DNA of 64,000 bases from Antedon mediterranea (lineage: Eukaryota > Animalia > Echinodermata): positions 1,876,422 to 1,940,421 of the forward strand of contig NC_092678.1 in NCBI RefSeq assembly GCF_964355755.1, read 5' to 3'. A program made the translations under genes and the position numbers. The notes below the pieces were generated by a model. That model searched no databases, was not told the origin of the DNA, and saw nothing but the letters and a program-made list of their open reading frames with translations. Below are positions 1 through 13,900 of the stretch, piece after piece. Position 1 is the stretch's first letter. Every line of letters starts with the position of its first letter.

Positions 1-3000
1 TCTCTGAAGATTTCAGAAAGTCTTCTATACGTTTAATGCTGACGAACCCGCTGACAACTTGGTTGACAGTGGGCTGTAGAAGTAAGAGAGGGGCACTCAG
101 GTTCTGGATGAGCGGGATGGCAGTGAATGCAATTTCTGCTGTCAAGATCTCATCTTCGACCAAGGTGTAGAAGACAAAACTCTGTAATATGAAACAAATT
201 ATGATTATTTATTAAGCTTCGTTCCCACTCCGTGTCGTAATTCGCAGGGTCTTTTTAGACGTTGTTTTATGTCTACTATCTTCATTAATCGTTGTGCTTT
301 TATTTGTCAACTGGTCTTTGCAGTAACTGATCCCGAACGTAATGCATTGTCGGAATGTTAAATTGTGACCATTTTAAAACCATAATATTAACTACAAAAA
401 TAAACTCTTCTTACCAACAGGGCAATAAAGGCAGGCGATCCAATCCCCAAAGGCACTGAAAGAAAAAGCAGAAATGCCTCGTTATATACAAATAGCCTTA
501 TGTTTGCATTTACTGCGTAATGTGGCTCCGATTTGTAGGTACAGTACTTCTTCGATTGGGATTTAAAGCTATGGCAAAAGAAAGTTACAAGGAAGTTCTG
601 TCAGTGTCATATCGTCATGCGGTTGGCTTGTTAGGCCTGCGTCGGCTTGTCTCTATTGGTCAAAGGACAGTTAAGGGATGGGTATTCCCCTCCCCGTCTT
701 TATCTTTCAAAATGGAAGAAAGAAGAAAATTATAAAACTTACTAATTATAGAAGCGATGGTTGCTTGTTTTCTTAGCAGATATATCTGAAGATCTCGGCT
801 TTTGCTTATGAGCGTGTAGAACAAGTCTTCCCAGCCAAGCAGTTTGACTAGTTTCATCCCCTGTACAACCTCGTTAATCGACTTCAGGCGATCGTCAGAT
901 CGAACCTTAGAAAAGAATAGAAATTGAAACGTTTTTAACATAAGTACACCATCCATACTTCAGCTAAAAGAAACACCACTTAACCTTTCACGGTATGCTA
1001 TCTGATTTAATACGGCAACTATCCGAACTATCGCTTTTAATTGGTCAATTGCGTTGCGGCTTCCGTCTTTGCGGTGCTTCCTAGTGGAAGGAACAACTTT
1101 ATGAAGCTACTTACCATCGACATTTTTTGGAAGTGTACGCTACATCTTGCTAGCGAAACTTGACAAGGAAATATTAGAATCATCAATGATGCGCCGATAA
1201 GAGCAGATATGCCCATTTCAAGGTACAGAAAAATCAAAGCAAGGATGACCTATATTACAATAAAAGTATTTCAAAATAAATTCAGTAAACGAAATTCCAA
1301 TCACAAATCTGTTAATACTGAAGCTAACATTCGCATGCATCCGTTAATCTTGGGGTGGAGATAATGAGTATACTTTTAAGTGTTTGAGATGATGGGTGCT
1401 CATATCAACTATGTTGTTTTATAGTTTAAATTTGGACCCACCTGGTATGGAATTGACCACACATTATGTATATACGTCATCATTCTTTGCACACCGTCGG
1501 TATCAACGAACACCCTATTAGCAATATCTCCCATCCCCGCTGACTCATCGGCGGATGCCGCCGTCGATAGGCGAAGAGATTTATCGTAGATAATCGACTG
1601 AAAAAAAAAAATTGTTATAAAGTGCAAGTTGTCATAAATAGTATTCTTCTGACGTGCAATAGTCAGTTAGATACTATTTTTTGACAGCGGGTGAAATAAT
1701 AGTAAGAAGTGGCGGTTTGCGGTGCACTCAGACTTCTTTTTCATAATGTTCTTAATTATTCCTTTACGAGCGCACACATTTTGATATTTTTTCCTGCTCA
1801 AGTATACTTGATATATAATTTTAATCAATAATAAGCCGAATCTAGTGATGTGTGATTCCTGAAACGGTCAATTTTACTTCTTTTCACACGGTTTTACCGC
1901 AACTAACTAGTTCTTCGCCAGTCTAAAAATATCAATTATGAACGACCTACCTGGAGTGCTCCTTTAAGCTCGATGTTTTGTCTCCACAATATGTAGTTTG
2001 AATATTGAAGAAATATACCTTTTAGAATGATAGCTATTGTTGACAACGCCAAAAGGACAAATCCGTTTGAGAAGTAATCACTTATTGATATGAATTCAAC
2101 CTGCCAAAAGGTATTCAAAAATATTATTTAGATTATCATAAATGTATCTATAAGCGAGGGCCTGCTATTTAATATTTTGGCCAATATTGAAGATTCAGAT
2201 AATTCGATATTTTAATCATCATTTGTGACGTCACCAATAGATCGATTTTCCTGAAAAGTTAATAGGCGTGGCCTGTTTTTAAATTGCTAATACTATAAAA
2301 AAAAAATCAGGGTGAATTTATCGTAGAAACATACGTTATGCCTCCTACATACAACATACAAAGTATAACGTAGTTGGTAAATTATGTATCTCGTGTTTTC
2401 AGGCCCGTAAAGGGGAAGGGGGTGGCAGCAGTGGGTAATGGTAGGCCTACTAGCCTAGCTTGTGGGCATTTTTTACGTTGTTTCGAATCGCCCTCCCTCA
2501 AAATGTACGTGTCGAAGTTAATTCAAATTGGTAAGAAATATTCACAATCATTGACGTTGTTGGCGTATTTAAATAATTATGTATAGCCGTTTAAATAATA
2601 GCTTAAAGTAGGCGAGTTACCACCATTTAATTTTACTGTATAAATATGTTATTGAAATGATACTGGTATACAGTAGCTTAAACAATCTGGACCTTTGACA
2701 TAGACAGACTGTGTAAACAAGTGGACCTATAGTTTATAGTCCTTATCAGAGAAGACTTGTTTCCCTCACCAGAACATAGGAGGAGCGAGTCGGCATCGAA
2801 CCCATGTTCATTAGGTATGGTAAACGGCGGCCTTCCATACCTGCGCGGCCATTGTTATATTGATTAACTTACGTGTTCGTCATTTTGTTGATGTATTGTA
2901 TTGACGTAGTTGACCATCCCTCCGACAGATAATGCGGGTATAAATCCGCATGCGTCAGACAATGCCTTTGCAATGGCCGATGTCATGAACTCAGATCCGT

Positions 3001-5260
3001 ATATCTTCTTGTACGCTCTTTTTATACTAGGCTCCGAGAGTTCTCCCTAAATACAAATATTAAATTGACAAAAATATGTTGTATTATAATTGTTATATCT
3101 TATTTTTATATAGGCTTATTGTAAATCTCCATAACATATAATAAGTATGTTGAAATTAGGCCGCCCATCCATGTGCGGCAATTAACGAAGCTACCTCATA
3201 TTCTGTTTTTCTTTTCGAATATTGTACTGAACTTGAAGGCGCTGCAACGTATGCATTGGCAAAATAGGTGAAATTATGAAAAATTTAAATAGGTGATGAG
3301 TTATTGCAGTTTTTTTATACAAATAGTAAATGTTTTATATTCGTGCAATGGTACAAATAAATTAATTCGTTCTATTTCACTCGGCATAGTTACTGTACCT
3401 TGTCATGCTCCGCATACAGATTCTCGTAAAACCGGATCGCGTTTGGTCCAGCCGTCATGGTTCTGGGAAGGTAGCCAAAGTCTTCGGGGCTCAAATGTGT
3501 GTTTGCGCCTAGCTTAACAAAGTCATTCAACCACCAGAACATGATGCCAGACAGGAGGTTAGTGTGTCCCTGAAGGAACTTTACATTCTTCCCTTCCCTA
3601 TCAATATCTATAGGTATCTCATCTCTTAATGATCCGACACTGCAACACATCTGTAAAAGATTTCAGACAAGAATAAACTATTGGTAAAAAGGTCAACAAT
3701 TTGGCACACATGACGTGTCATACTATTTTATGACTAATCAAAATAAGGAATACAAATGACATTTAGAAATTAATTTTTATACACTATAACTGGAGACTTG
3801 GTTAAGTCTACGGCAAGAACGAATCTTTCAAACTCCTGTTTGTAAACTGCAGTGTAGACTTGGCTTAAGCTTTTTTATTTATTTGGTATAACACTCAAAA
3901 TGCAACAAAAGTTGAAAATCTGATGAGTTTACAAAAGGTACAACAAAAAAACCGAGATAAAGATATAAAACAATAGGCCTATACTAAAATTGACATAAAA
4001 CAAAACCAATTAGAACATCATACAAAAATATAATATGCACAAATTTAAAAATTAATGATTATTATTAGATCAATTAATAGAAATTCAGAAATATATACAA
4101 GTTTAAAATTATTCATTATTTATTATTTATAAAGTCCTCTTAAAATTTAAATTAAAAAATGTCATTAATCCAAGGATCAATACAATTACTGTATTATTAT
4201 TTATTTACAAGTCTTATTGCACTAGGAAGAGTTGAATTCGCATAACGGTTAGTTAAAGTCCTCTCGGGCTTGATGTTCTCAGGTATCCACGAAGTGAAAC
4301 GCCCAGATGTCACACTGCTTCCAAATTTGCCAAGTACACCTAACCGTCTGTCTTGTAAAGATGTTACATTCAAGATTTCTAAAGTGTCTTGGTACCCTGT
4401 GTAGTTGTTATATCCGATGATGGTTCCAACTATAGGACGCACCGCAAGGACGAACGTAGTTTGACCAATCACAAGGGATGGGTTTATTGAAATTGTCCTT
4501 GCGTCTTAGTGGGAACGAATGATTATGTTTAAAAAAATTGGCGCATTAAAAGTATTCGAAGAGCACATTTTGTTCAATAACTTGGCTTTTTTTATATAAT
4601 GTTTTTGAGAGATGAGGATATATTTAAAAACAAAAATATCGAAGTTGAACTTACCAAATCAAGAGTCGTGATAATTTCTATAACGACTAGAAGACCATAA
4701 AATGACACGTTTACAACCGAGATAAGCCATCGCATTGAAGTTTGATCGGCGTTAGGATCATGCTGAATATTTGTTAGACGAAGAACTTCGGACACGAACG
4801 CAATCATCCAGTATAGTAGCGGAAGAACCACCATTGGCCATACGTTCCATACCTCCATATGATGGTAGTAACACAACATTAAGAAAACAGTTATAAATGC
4901 TATCGTTTGAGGTAGATATAGATGCGCTTCGTGCGTCATATCAGACCGGTAGACTAAAGCTGTTAGAATACCTTCTCCTATTGACGCGAATTGACTGAGG
5001 CAAAGAGAAGCGCCGAGGAGCCATCTTGCGCAGTGGAACGGATATCGTACAATGTACGATCGGTTGAATTGTCCTAAGCTTGTACAGCAGTAGGCTATAA
5101 GTAATATCAAGAGGACTGAGATAGCAAATACGACTGCCACCAGAAGGTAGAATCCATCCACGAAGCAAACGTCGTTAACTATGGAACCATTGAGTGTCCA
5201 TTGATAGGCCGTCAGCTGAGACGTAAAGTTTGACTGGCAGAAGATACTATGTGGAAACAT
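1..5260 (-). CDS. ABCC9: Sulfonylurea receptor-like ABC transporter (ABCC8/ABCC9 family), 5' part (TMD0-L0-TMD1); continues beyond the left edge
   Basis: Phase-consistent GT-AG exons on the minus strand: 5260-4655, 3650-3399, 3046-2873, 2100-1951, 1597-1442, 1249-1115, 905-743, 455-415, 181-<1. SUR-type motifs: N-terminal FC...NDVCFVD, RYPFHCARW, YYHHME, KFLQGHTNLLSGIMFWWLN, IYDKSLRL, DDRLKSINEVVQGMKLVKLLGWE, FVSIKRIEDFL. ABCC8 versus ABCC9 orthology cannot be resolved by eye. Confidence 0.9.
2690..2852 (-). mobile_element. tRNA-derived SINE, Meta-domain type (degenerate)
   Basis: Minus strand reads a B-box-like GGGTTCGATG followed by GATAAGGACTATAAACTATAGGTCC, resembling the MetaSINE core; similar to copies at 13093 and 30456. 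Confidence 0.55.
3870..4435 (-). mobile_element. 5'-truncated LINE 3' fragment (CR1/L2 group) in an ABCC intron
   Basis: ORF 4197-4472 ends YQDTLEILNVTSLQDRR...TNRYANSTLPSAIRLVNK*, a typical LINE ORF2 C-terminus, followed by an AT-rich 3' UTR ending AAATAAATAAAAAA near 3870. Confidence 0.55.
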
Positions 5261-7967
5261 CGTGAAGTGCTGCTGTCGAGATATACTTTAATATGAAAGA
5301 AAAAAGTTAGGCTTATATCATTATTTTGCAAGTTGCATAAAGCTCTGTCTACACTATCAACCTAGTTTGAAAACAAACAAAGATGCGATGTGCTCAAGTA
5401 TGGTAGTGATATGCTTGAATATGGTAGTGATATGACATCATCATGTCCATACATGGGCACATCACATTTGTTGTTACATAAAGTTTGATAGTGAAGAGAT
5501 AGCATGAAGAACGATACGAAAAATATATTCCCATGTTTATTTACAATATATAAACATTTACAGGTACATATTAGAACAAATTCCAAACCGCTGAGTGATT
5601 ATGATATTAATTCAGTCATTAATTTTGAAATGAAGAAGAGGACATCTCTGACTGAGGAAAAGCCCCTCCCCAAATTGATTCTCTGATATAATGAAATAGT
5701 ATGCATATATTTAATCAATTAATTTTAAAAAGAAAATTATAATACCTTTAATAAAATATATTTCGGTCAAGATGCTTCTTCTATGAGTGTATACATTGGA
5801 ATCGGTGCCAACAACTTGAAGCCGAATTTACACTGAAATATGCATGTACACAAGAGTGTATATGATTAAAAGAAAGTGCGGGTCCATTCTGTACGTCTAT
5901 AGGCCTATTGTATTGTGCTTAATACTCTATTGTTATGCAACAGCGAAATATGTTTACATAGGAAGCTATTTGATTTAATTAGCACCCTTTGAATATGTTA
6001 CGAGTTCATTCATTTTTTTAAATAGTTTGAACTGCAAAATGCGTAATAGGAAGTTTTATTCCGTTTAAACGTCACCAAAACTACGATTCCATTTAAAAGG
6101 AAATTAAAAAGGAAAGAAACAAAATAAATTCATAAAGATTATAGACGTTTTTATAGAATTGTTTTCCAGAAAAGTAAAATTAAATTCAGCTTTGATTTGG
6201 ACTATAAACGTTTTTGCCAACTTTCGTAAAGATCATGGATGATCCGCGCGCCTATAGGAGCCTACCATCAAAATGTACGTTTACACTAGGCCTAGTACAC
6301 TTTACAGAAACTAGACTTAATGATATGGTAAAAGTACAATAGGCATTATTTGTAAACAGTAGGTCTACTTACAATACTAAAATGTTAAATAAATGTTTAC
6401 CTTTCTGACGGCGAAACAGTTGTTTTTGTCTTATATTATATGAACGTCGCCCGAGATCTATTCGTATATCCGCACGCACTAAAAATGAATGGTGGGCTTT
6501 GAATCTAAATTTCTCCCTAAAACGATTTTACATAATTTATTTTAAGCTACCCTTATTATCTTTACATTCATTCAGTATTTGTTATTCCAAAGAATAAATT
6601 AATTAAACACAGTGCACTACCAGTAGAACTATTTAACCTTTTACATAGATTCCGTAAGGATGACTTCATTTTAGAGGGAACACATTTATGACCGATTGTG
6701 TGGGGTGGATGGGGTTGTTATTATATTTAAACTATGATATAGACCTAGTATTATTAAAGCACCCTAGTGACGTTAATTTATTTGTGTAGACCCCCGTGGA
6801 TACAATTTAGGCGTTCATATTGGCAAAAAATTGTGCCTTCCTCTCTCTCTTTCTGGTTCTCTCTGCGTCACTTTTGTGTAATGTACTCTGTATCTGAATT
6901 AGATACAAATTAAGTCAATTTGGCCACATTTGCGTTTCATACCTCGTTTATTATGATTTGTAGCGCCAGATCGAAAGCACATGGTTTTGTGGAGTGTTAT
7001 GAAATGTGGCTGCTCTAAAGCTTGTTTTTTTAACCGTTTATATACTGTTTGATAAGCGTACACAAACTCAGAATAGTTTATAATAAACTAATTACATTGT
7101 AGTTACCCTTCCGTAAGTAAAATACGGTTTTAAAATATAAATTAGTTAAGTTATGCCAGGCCAGCATGAGAGCTGTCAAACTCGCAGAATATCACCACAC
7201 ATAGCAGTGGCACGGCGGTCCGGTTGAGTTGGAACCCGTGTTGGTGGCATGGCCATGTATGACTAGCTAGGCCTAGACAACTCTCGTGAGTGTTATGTAG
7301 GCCTATTCATTTGACAGGAAATCAGGTGAAATTCTCTACTACTAGACTACATGAAGGGAGGGAAATGAACAATACATATTTTGTCCTTTTTGGCGTTTCA
7401 TGATTTTGGCGTTCCATAACTGGCGGCCGATATGCATGGTGACCAGGTAGATTGGGAGCTACCCTGCTGGTTACATTCCATCACCCGGCCTTGTGCTTAT
7501 ATGATAATGATAAGAGTCGATCATCTTTCAGCTTTTCTGCTTTCAATGTCACCTTTTTCATGATACGGAAAACATTTTCGATTGATGACAAACAATGCAA
7601 TGCAGAGAGAAGCAAAACCAACAGAAATTTAAAATAAATACAATTTTAAAAATCGAATGACAAAACTATTAAGCTCTTAAAAAAAGACCAGTCATCGTGA
7701 AAGTCACATCAGATGTTTATAAGGTTGACATTAACAGGTTAAAATATAAATACTGTACTAGGCCTAGGTAGGCCTATATGTTTAAATTAATAGAATAATA
7801 CACCATTGTATTGTCCGTAGTGCTTCCACAATCCCCTATAAACATTTTGAAATTTATAGGATATTTTACACAGCTAAATCTCTACAGTTTCTTCATATAT
7901 CTACATACATGATTTTAATATTTGAATTTTTTTTAAACTAAAGATGTGTTCTTACACATGATTTAAA

Positions 7968-10900
7968 ATGTCATCCAAGAAGAGGGTTGTAGCGGAGGTG
8001 AAAAAAAAATTGAATGAAAAACTTCTATCTGTTGAAGAGCAAGCTAGTTTTTTGTATAAATTTATTGATGACATCATCTCAAAGGTAAGGTTTAATTTTC
8101 ATATATATAATATACAGCTGACTCTGCCTAAGTCAAATTCGCATAAGTCGAAAATTGTTATGAAAGTCCCAATTCTTTCCTATACATTACTTTGTAATTT
8201 TTATTTGTAAGTTGAATTTTTCTAAATTGAAACTCGTCGACATCTTTTTTGGGGTCCGAATACACACATTCTGTAGTGATTTATATCGTAAAGTGCAAGT
8301 CACAAATCACAAGCATGGTTCCCACTATCGACGCAACCCACACAACATACAAAATGCCCTTCCTATAATTGTGTTTGCCCTGTCTGCATGAAATCAAACC
8401 TGCTTGTTGCGTGTCAATGTTAGCATGTCACACACTTTGACCTGGTTCACCGCATACTTTTGAATACGCGCTGTACGGTACTATGTTTTCCAGTGTTCTC
8501 TTGTCTTGCGTTGTTGCGTGAATTTCTGATCACACAATCTGATCAATATTTAAAAAGCACATTTGTTTCTTTAATATGCAATTTCACAATTGATGTTAAA
8601 TTTTTAGCCATGCTCAGATGCTCAACTTCTGATATCACAATCTGATAACAAGTCATTTCTAAAGAATTATTCTAAAGCAAATCAGGAGTTAGAAGGATGC
8701 CTGGACACACTATTTCTTATCAGGACTTCTCTTCCAACACTAGACAATGGTAAGCTACTTAAATTGTTAACATTTCCAATAATATTGTTAATTTTACTCC
8801 ACTCCTTTTAAAGTAAAAAAGAATATGCTACAGTGGTCTTTAAAATCTTGGGAGGTAGGAAGAATGCTCACTAGTTATTGGTCAATAGTGCCAAGGTCAT
8901 TTTGTGTCAAGCTTCCTGGTAAAAGTGTTCATTTATTTACAATGAAATCAAAGATTGTGGTGCTTGTTATGTGTAATCAAACCTTGTCCAACTATGTAAG
9001 TTGGTCACGTTCTGATGAGAACACTCATTAAGTTGATAAAAGGTATTCATTTTTTATTTCTTATAAAATAAAAAAACTAGATACTTGTAGCAGTGATGAA
9101 GAAGACGGCGAAGAATCTGTGTCTGACAATCTTGAATGTTCAAAAGGCAATGGTGTACCTTCTGAAAAATCTGGGTCTGTTACAGGATCTATGTCAGTAG
9201 ATGTCAAGACACAGCTTGAAGAAGGTATCTCTGTAGGTTCTGATCATAGCCTTAGCTACCAGAGCTCTTTCCAGCAAACGCAGTTCAACCAGCTTGGAGG
9301 TATCGGAATGATTGGTAGTGTTTCAGAAGTGCAAAAAAATGTGCCATCCATCAAAGAGGAATCTGCGAAGAAAGATTGGTTTGAAGTAGAACATGGTGGT
9401 AGTCAAATAATTAAAGGATCTTGTCTTGATAACTATCAGTCGCTACACACTGTCAAGCCTTCTGGTGATGGTTTTCAGTTAAACACTGCATCTGTACAAG
9501 AGATTGCCAAACCACCAGTAATGAAGAGATCCAGCAGATTTGAAAGCAATACAAGCAACCTGCCAACTCAACAAGAAACCTGTAGTGCCATCGTTCACAG
9601 TATCAAATATGAACCAGATACCATATCTAAACTCCTTCAGCAATCTGCTATGCAACCGAAAATACCAAATAGTACGTTTACTGATGGCACAGTTCTTAAG
9701 GTACTGGTGACTGAGGTGGTGTCGCCATCGATCTTCTGGATCCAACCAGTGTCATCATCACTAGCATCATTGATGCAAAGATTAAGGTATTCAAGTTGTA
9801 TATTTTTTTTTTTCAATTTTAAATTGTATACTAATTGAAAAGCATTATGTGGACAAGACTTATTTTATTTATTTGAATAAACGCATATAAATATATATAT
9901 ATATATAAATTTGTATATAAAGTTGGTTCGTACTTTCGGTACTGATTTTAACCACCTGATGTAACCCTGTTTACTAATTATATTAAGTTAGATAATTAGT
10001 TATTGACGATTAAATCAACGATTTGCCCCAAATAGGGGTGTTTTCCGATCGTGGTATACACTGTCTAATGGATGTCCATCTTGAAAAATACCCGCCACAA
10101 AAATGCGAGGAGGCTTCGCATTTTCCTGTCTCCTCCTACGATAATTGTTTTTAATAGCTGAAAACCGGTTGAACAGCTAGAGTACACCATCATAATGTTG
10201 AAGACAGGCCGATTTTCTTAAAAAAATACTATTTTGATAGATTTAATATACGATTATACAAATGTATTGATTTGCGATGAATGGAACATCCCAATCTCTC
10301 AGTCTGCCAGAGTTTGGTTTAACACAAGTACTGTAGGTAAATTTATGAGCCCTTGGTTTAACACATACGGTAGGTAAATATATGGGCCCTTTGAGCAATA
10401 CTTTGACAATACTGTAAATACCTATTAACTATTTTTGGTCCTCATTTGAATAGAACATTTCTTACTGTGAATGTTCGTACTGTTAGATGTAATATAAAAA
10501 TATATACAAATAAACTTTATTACTGAGATTGTGGATAGGCTCTACTGTTAGATATATAAACACATTATTATATACAAATAAACTTTATACTGACAGTTCT
10601 TTCTCAACGTTTGTACAGTCAACTCTCCCAATACCGGACTCTCCCAAAACCGGAATTCACGAAAAACCGGACTTTTTTGGAGGGCCCAATTTGTCCCTAT
10701 TCTAAATGTACTGTAATTTATTATGAAAACCGGAATACCCAATTCCGGAATCCGGACAAATTATGAAGTACAAAACACGAAAATTAGCGTCTGAAAACCG
10801 GACTGACAGTTAAAAAACTCCAAGTATTTACGAAAACAACGTAACATCGTCGTCGCTGACTCGGATTCAATACATTCACAATGTACAAAAGCTTTTAACC

Positions 10901-13900
10901 ATACCCTCACCATGCATGAAGTGCGCGACGTTTCGCGGTACGATCAAATAATGTTGCCATGGAGCACTACACTGATTGATAAATAAATAAAATATACAAA
11001 GTATTAAATCGCAAATGTTTTACTGTATTTAGAGGTATATTATTTATAGGCCTATAAAACATGAAAAAAATATTTCGTTACTGAGTGGATAAAGAATATA
11101 TTTAAAAATTGTTCCTCTTTGTACCTATCCGCTTTCCCATCCCTCAACCCTAATGTTACATACAAAACACAAATTGGGTTTCTTTAAATGAGTCCAAATA
11201 AAAAATTTGGACTCATTTTGTGATAAGTTTCTCCTTCGGAAGTAATTCCCAGGGTGCTAATTTTAGTTGACTACATAAATCATCGTGTCTATTTATTCGT
11301 TTCTGTAAACGACAATGTATTATAGTCCTGCGGTACGTACATTTGAAATCGCCAGTTTTGTTACGCTGAAATTACTGTGTATTCGAGAACCATCTGTGGG
11401 CACGACCTAGATGGTATGCGAGCGTACCATCTAGTTAATATTACACACAAAAAATAAACGTGGTCCCTGAATAAATGCCTCCTTCGAATTAACATCCCCC
11501 CCCCCCCCAAAAAAAAAACCCTCCTGAACAATAATCAAATATTTTATGGTATATTTTTAATGTTTTCTGCATAAATTGTTGTTTAGATTTGTTTTACTAT
11601 TTTTAAATATTACAGTTACTGTATAAGAATTGAAATTCATTAATTAAAGATGTATTGTCCCTTTAAACACAAAAAAATGAAGGTCAAAATATTCTAAATT
11701 TAAAGTGGCCATATCAAAGTAATATTAAAGTTATTCACTTTAAGTCGAAAATTTGAGCCAAAAACAACAAGTTTACGTAATTAACAGGTAAATTAGTTTG
11801 ATTACATTTCATCTGGAAAATCGTCACGAGCGAAAAGTAAACAAAGATTTCAAACCATGAGTACGCATTATGCATATGCTAAATTAGGATTGTTTACAAC
11901 TCGTCACGGTTAAGAAGGTATTTTCACACAGATCATGAGGAAGTTTTATGATTATGCGTACAGAGAAGCCAAACAAGCGCGTTTCATTATGGGATATGTT
12001 TTGATTGAAAACTTTGACTGGAAGTCAAAGTTATTTTTTAAACAAAAAAACGTCTGTATTTTAGTTAAATTTTTTTTTTTTCGAAAAATTTTTGGTGATA
12101 GTTAATAACTATTATGATACTTCAAAATGACCCACCTTTTTTCGAAATCTTTTATTTTTTATTTTTTTGGAATTAGTCAAAGGGACAATACATCTTTAAA
12201 GTATTATGTAGGGATGACTTAATACACTTCTGTCTATAACATCTTTTTAGGAAATTCATACTTATTATAATAATTCTGATAATAGCTGGGAAAAGACTGA
12301 AAATAGGTAGGAACGGACTGACTGAAAATAGCTGGGGAAAACCAAGGGAAAATAGTCAGGGAAAACCCAAGATTAACACTTATATATTTACTGTTTTATG
12401 CAATTGTTGCTTTTGTTTGCTGAAATAAATAAATATCTTTCTTCTTAATTATTTAGTGTAGCATATGGTGGGGGCAAAGGTGACAGTCTCACCATACCAG
12501 TAATTGGTATGGCTTGTTGTTCATGTTTTACTCAAGACAATTGCTGGTACAGAACTCGAATCATTGATATATATCCATCTGGTAAACTGGTTTTTTATTT
12601 TCTATTGATATTATGAATCATATTGGTAACCTCGCTCATAATACTTTGTATGCTTCTTAAGCCTGGTTCCCACTAGCAACGCAACATAACACAACACAAT
12701 GACATATTGACGCAAAGTTCTGTATTGCGTAATAACAAGTGGGAACTGACGACGCAACGGTGCTGCAAAGATCAATGTTCTATTTCACGCAGACGGTGGC
12801 AATCACAATTATTGGAAGTGCATTCCTTACATTTTGTAAGTTACGTTGTGTCACTATTGTGAACCAACCTTCATGCATTCAATTTTTAAAAATCACTGAC
12901 ATGCTAATGTCCATATTTGACTATGCTACAAGACACTAATCTCTTTGACTGTAGGGGAATTTATTAAAGGCCAACACAAACAGCGTCGTATGTTGGGGGT
13001 AAATTAAATATGTTTTATAGTTCTCCCGACGTCCTAAAAACTACGCCCGACGCTATCTCTAAACAAGTCTTCTCATTTGGAGTCAGACAGCACCGACGAG
13101 TCTAGTGAGTGGACAGTGGAACTGTGATACGTAGCCATAACATTGGCAACTGTTTGAGTCTCACTCGCTCCATGGTTCTGGTGGTAGAACAAGTCTTTTC
13201 GAATAAGGCTATAAAACATCTGGCTCATGTGTACTTTAAAGAACCTAGTACATCTTTCGAGACAAGTCAAAGATTACCCCGGTGTACTAGTTCACACACA
13301 TCCACTGTCACAAACTCATCCCACCCTACCTACCTAGTATGAAGAATAAATAATAATAAGACGTTTTTGTCGGGCCTCGTCGTATGATGCTCTCTGAGTT
13401 GGCCTTAACAGGTTTTCTTACTTATTCTAAGGCTTTTATTGTTTTTCTGTTGATTACTTATTTTATTTTAGCGTTGAGTTTGAACGCCGTAAGGTGTTTT
13501 CCTAAATGATGTACGATCAATACGGTACTGGGTATGATCATTCATTCATAGAAGTACTGATGAAGAAGTAAATCTGTGGCGACTATAGAATGGACCCGAG
13601 ACTTTTAGATGATAGAAGTTTTGAATTATAATCATGTACTCTTTCATTGAAGAAATGTTTCCAAATAGATTACACCATATTGATCTCACAATCTCTTACA
13701 GTAAATGGATCAGAAGTAGAGGTAAAGGTTGTATACGTGGATTATGGAAACTGTGAAAGACTGCCACTAAACCGGCTCAGATATCTACTGCCAGAGTTTG
13801 CCTCTTTGCAGGCGCAAGCAATCTGTTCTGGTCTAGCTAAGGTACGCTTCTGATGTCAATGATCATCTGCATCTTGCCAGGCATATGGCGCAGTGTATGT

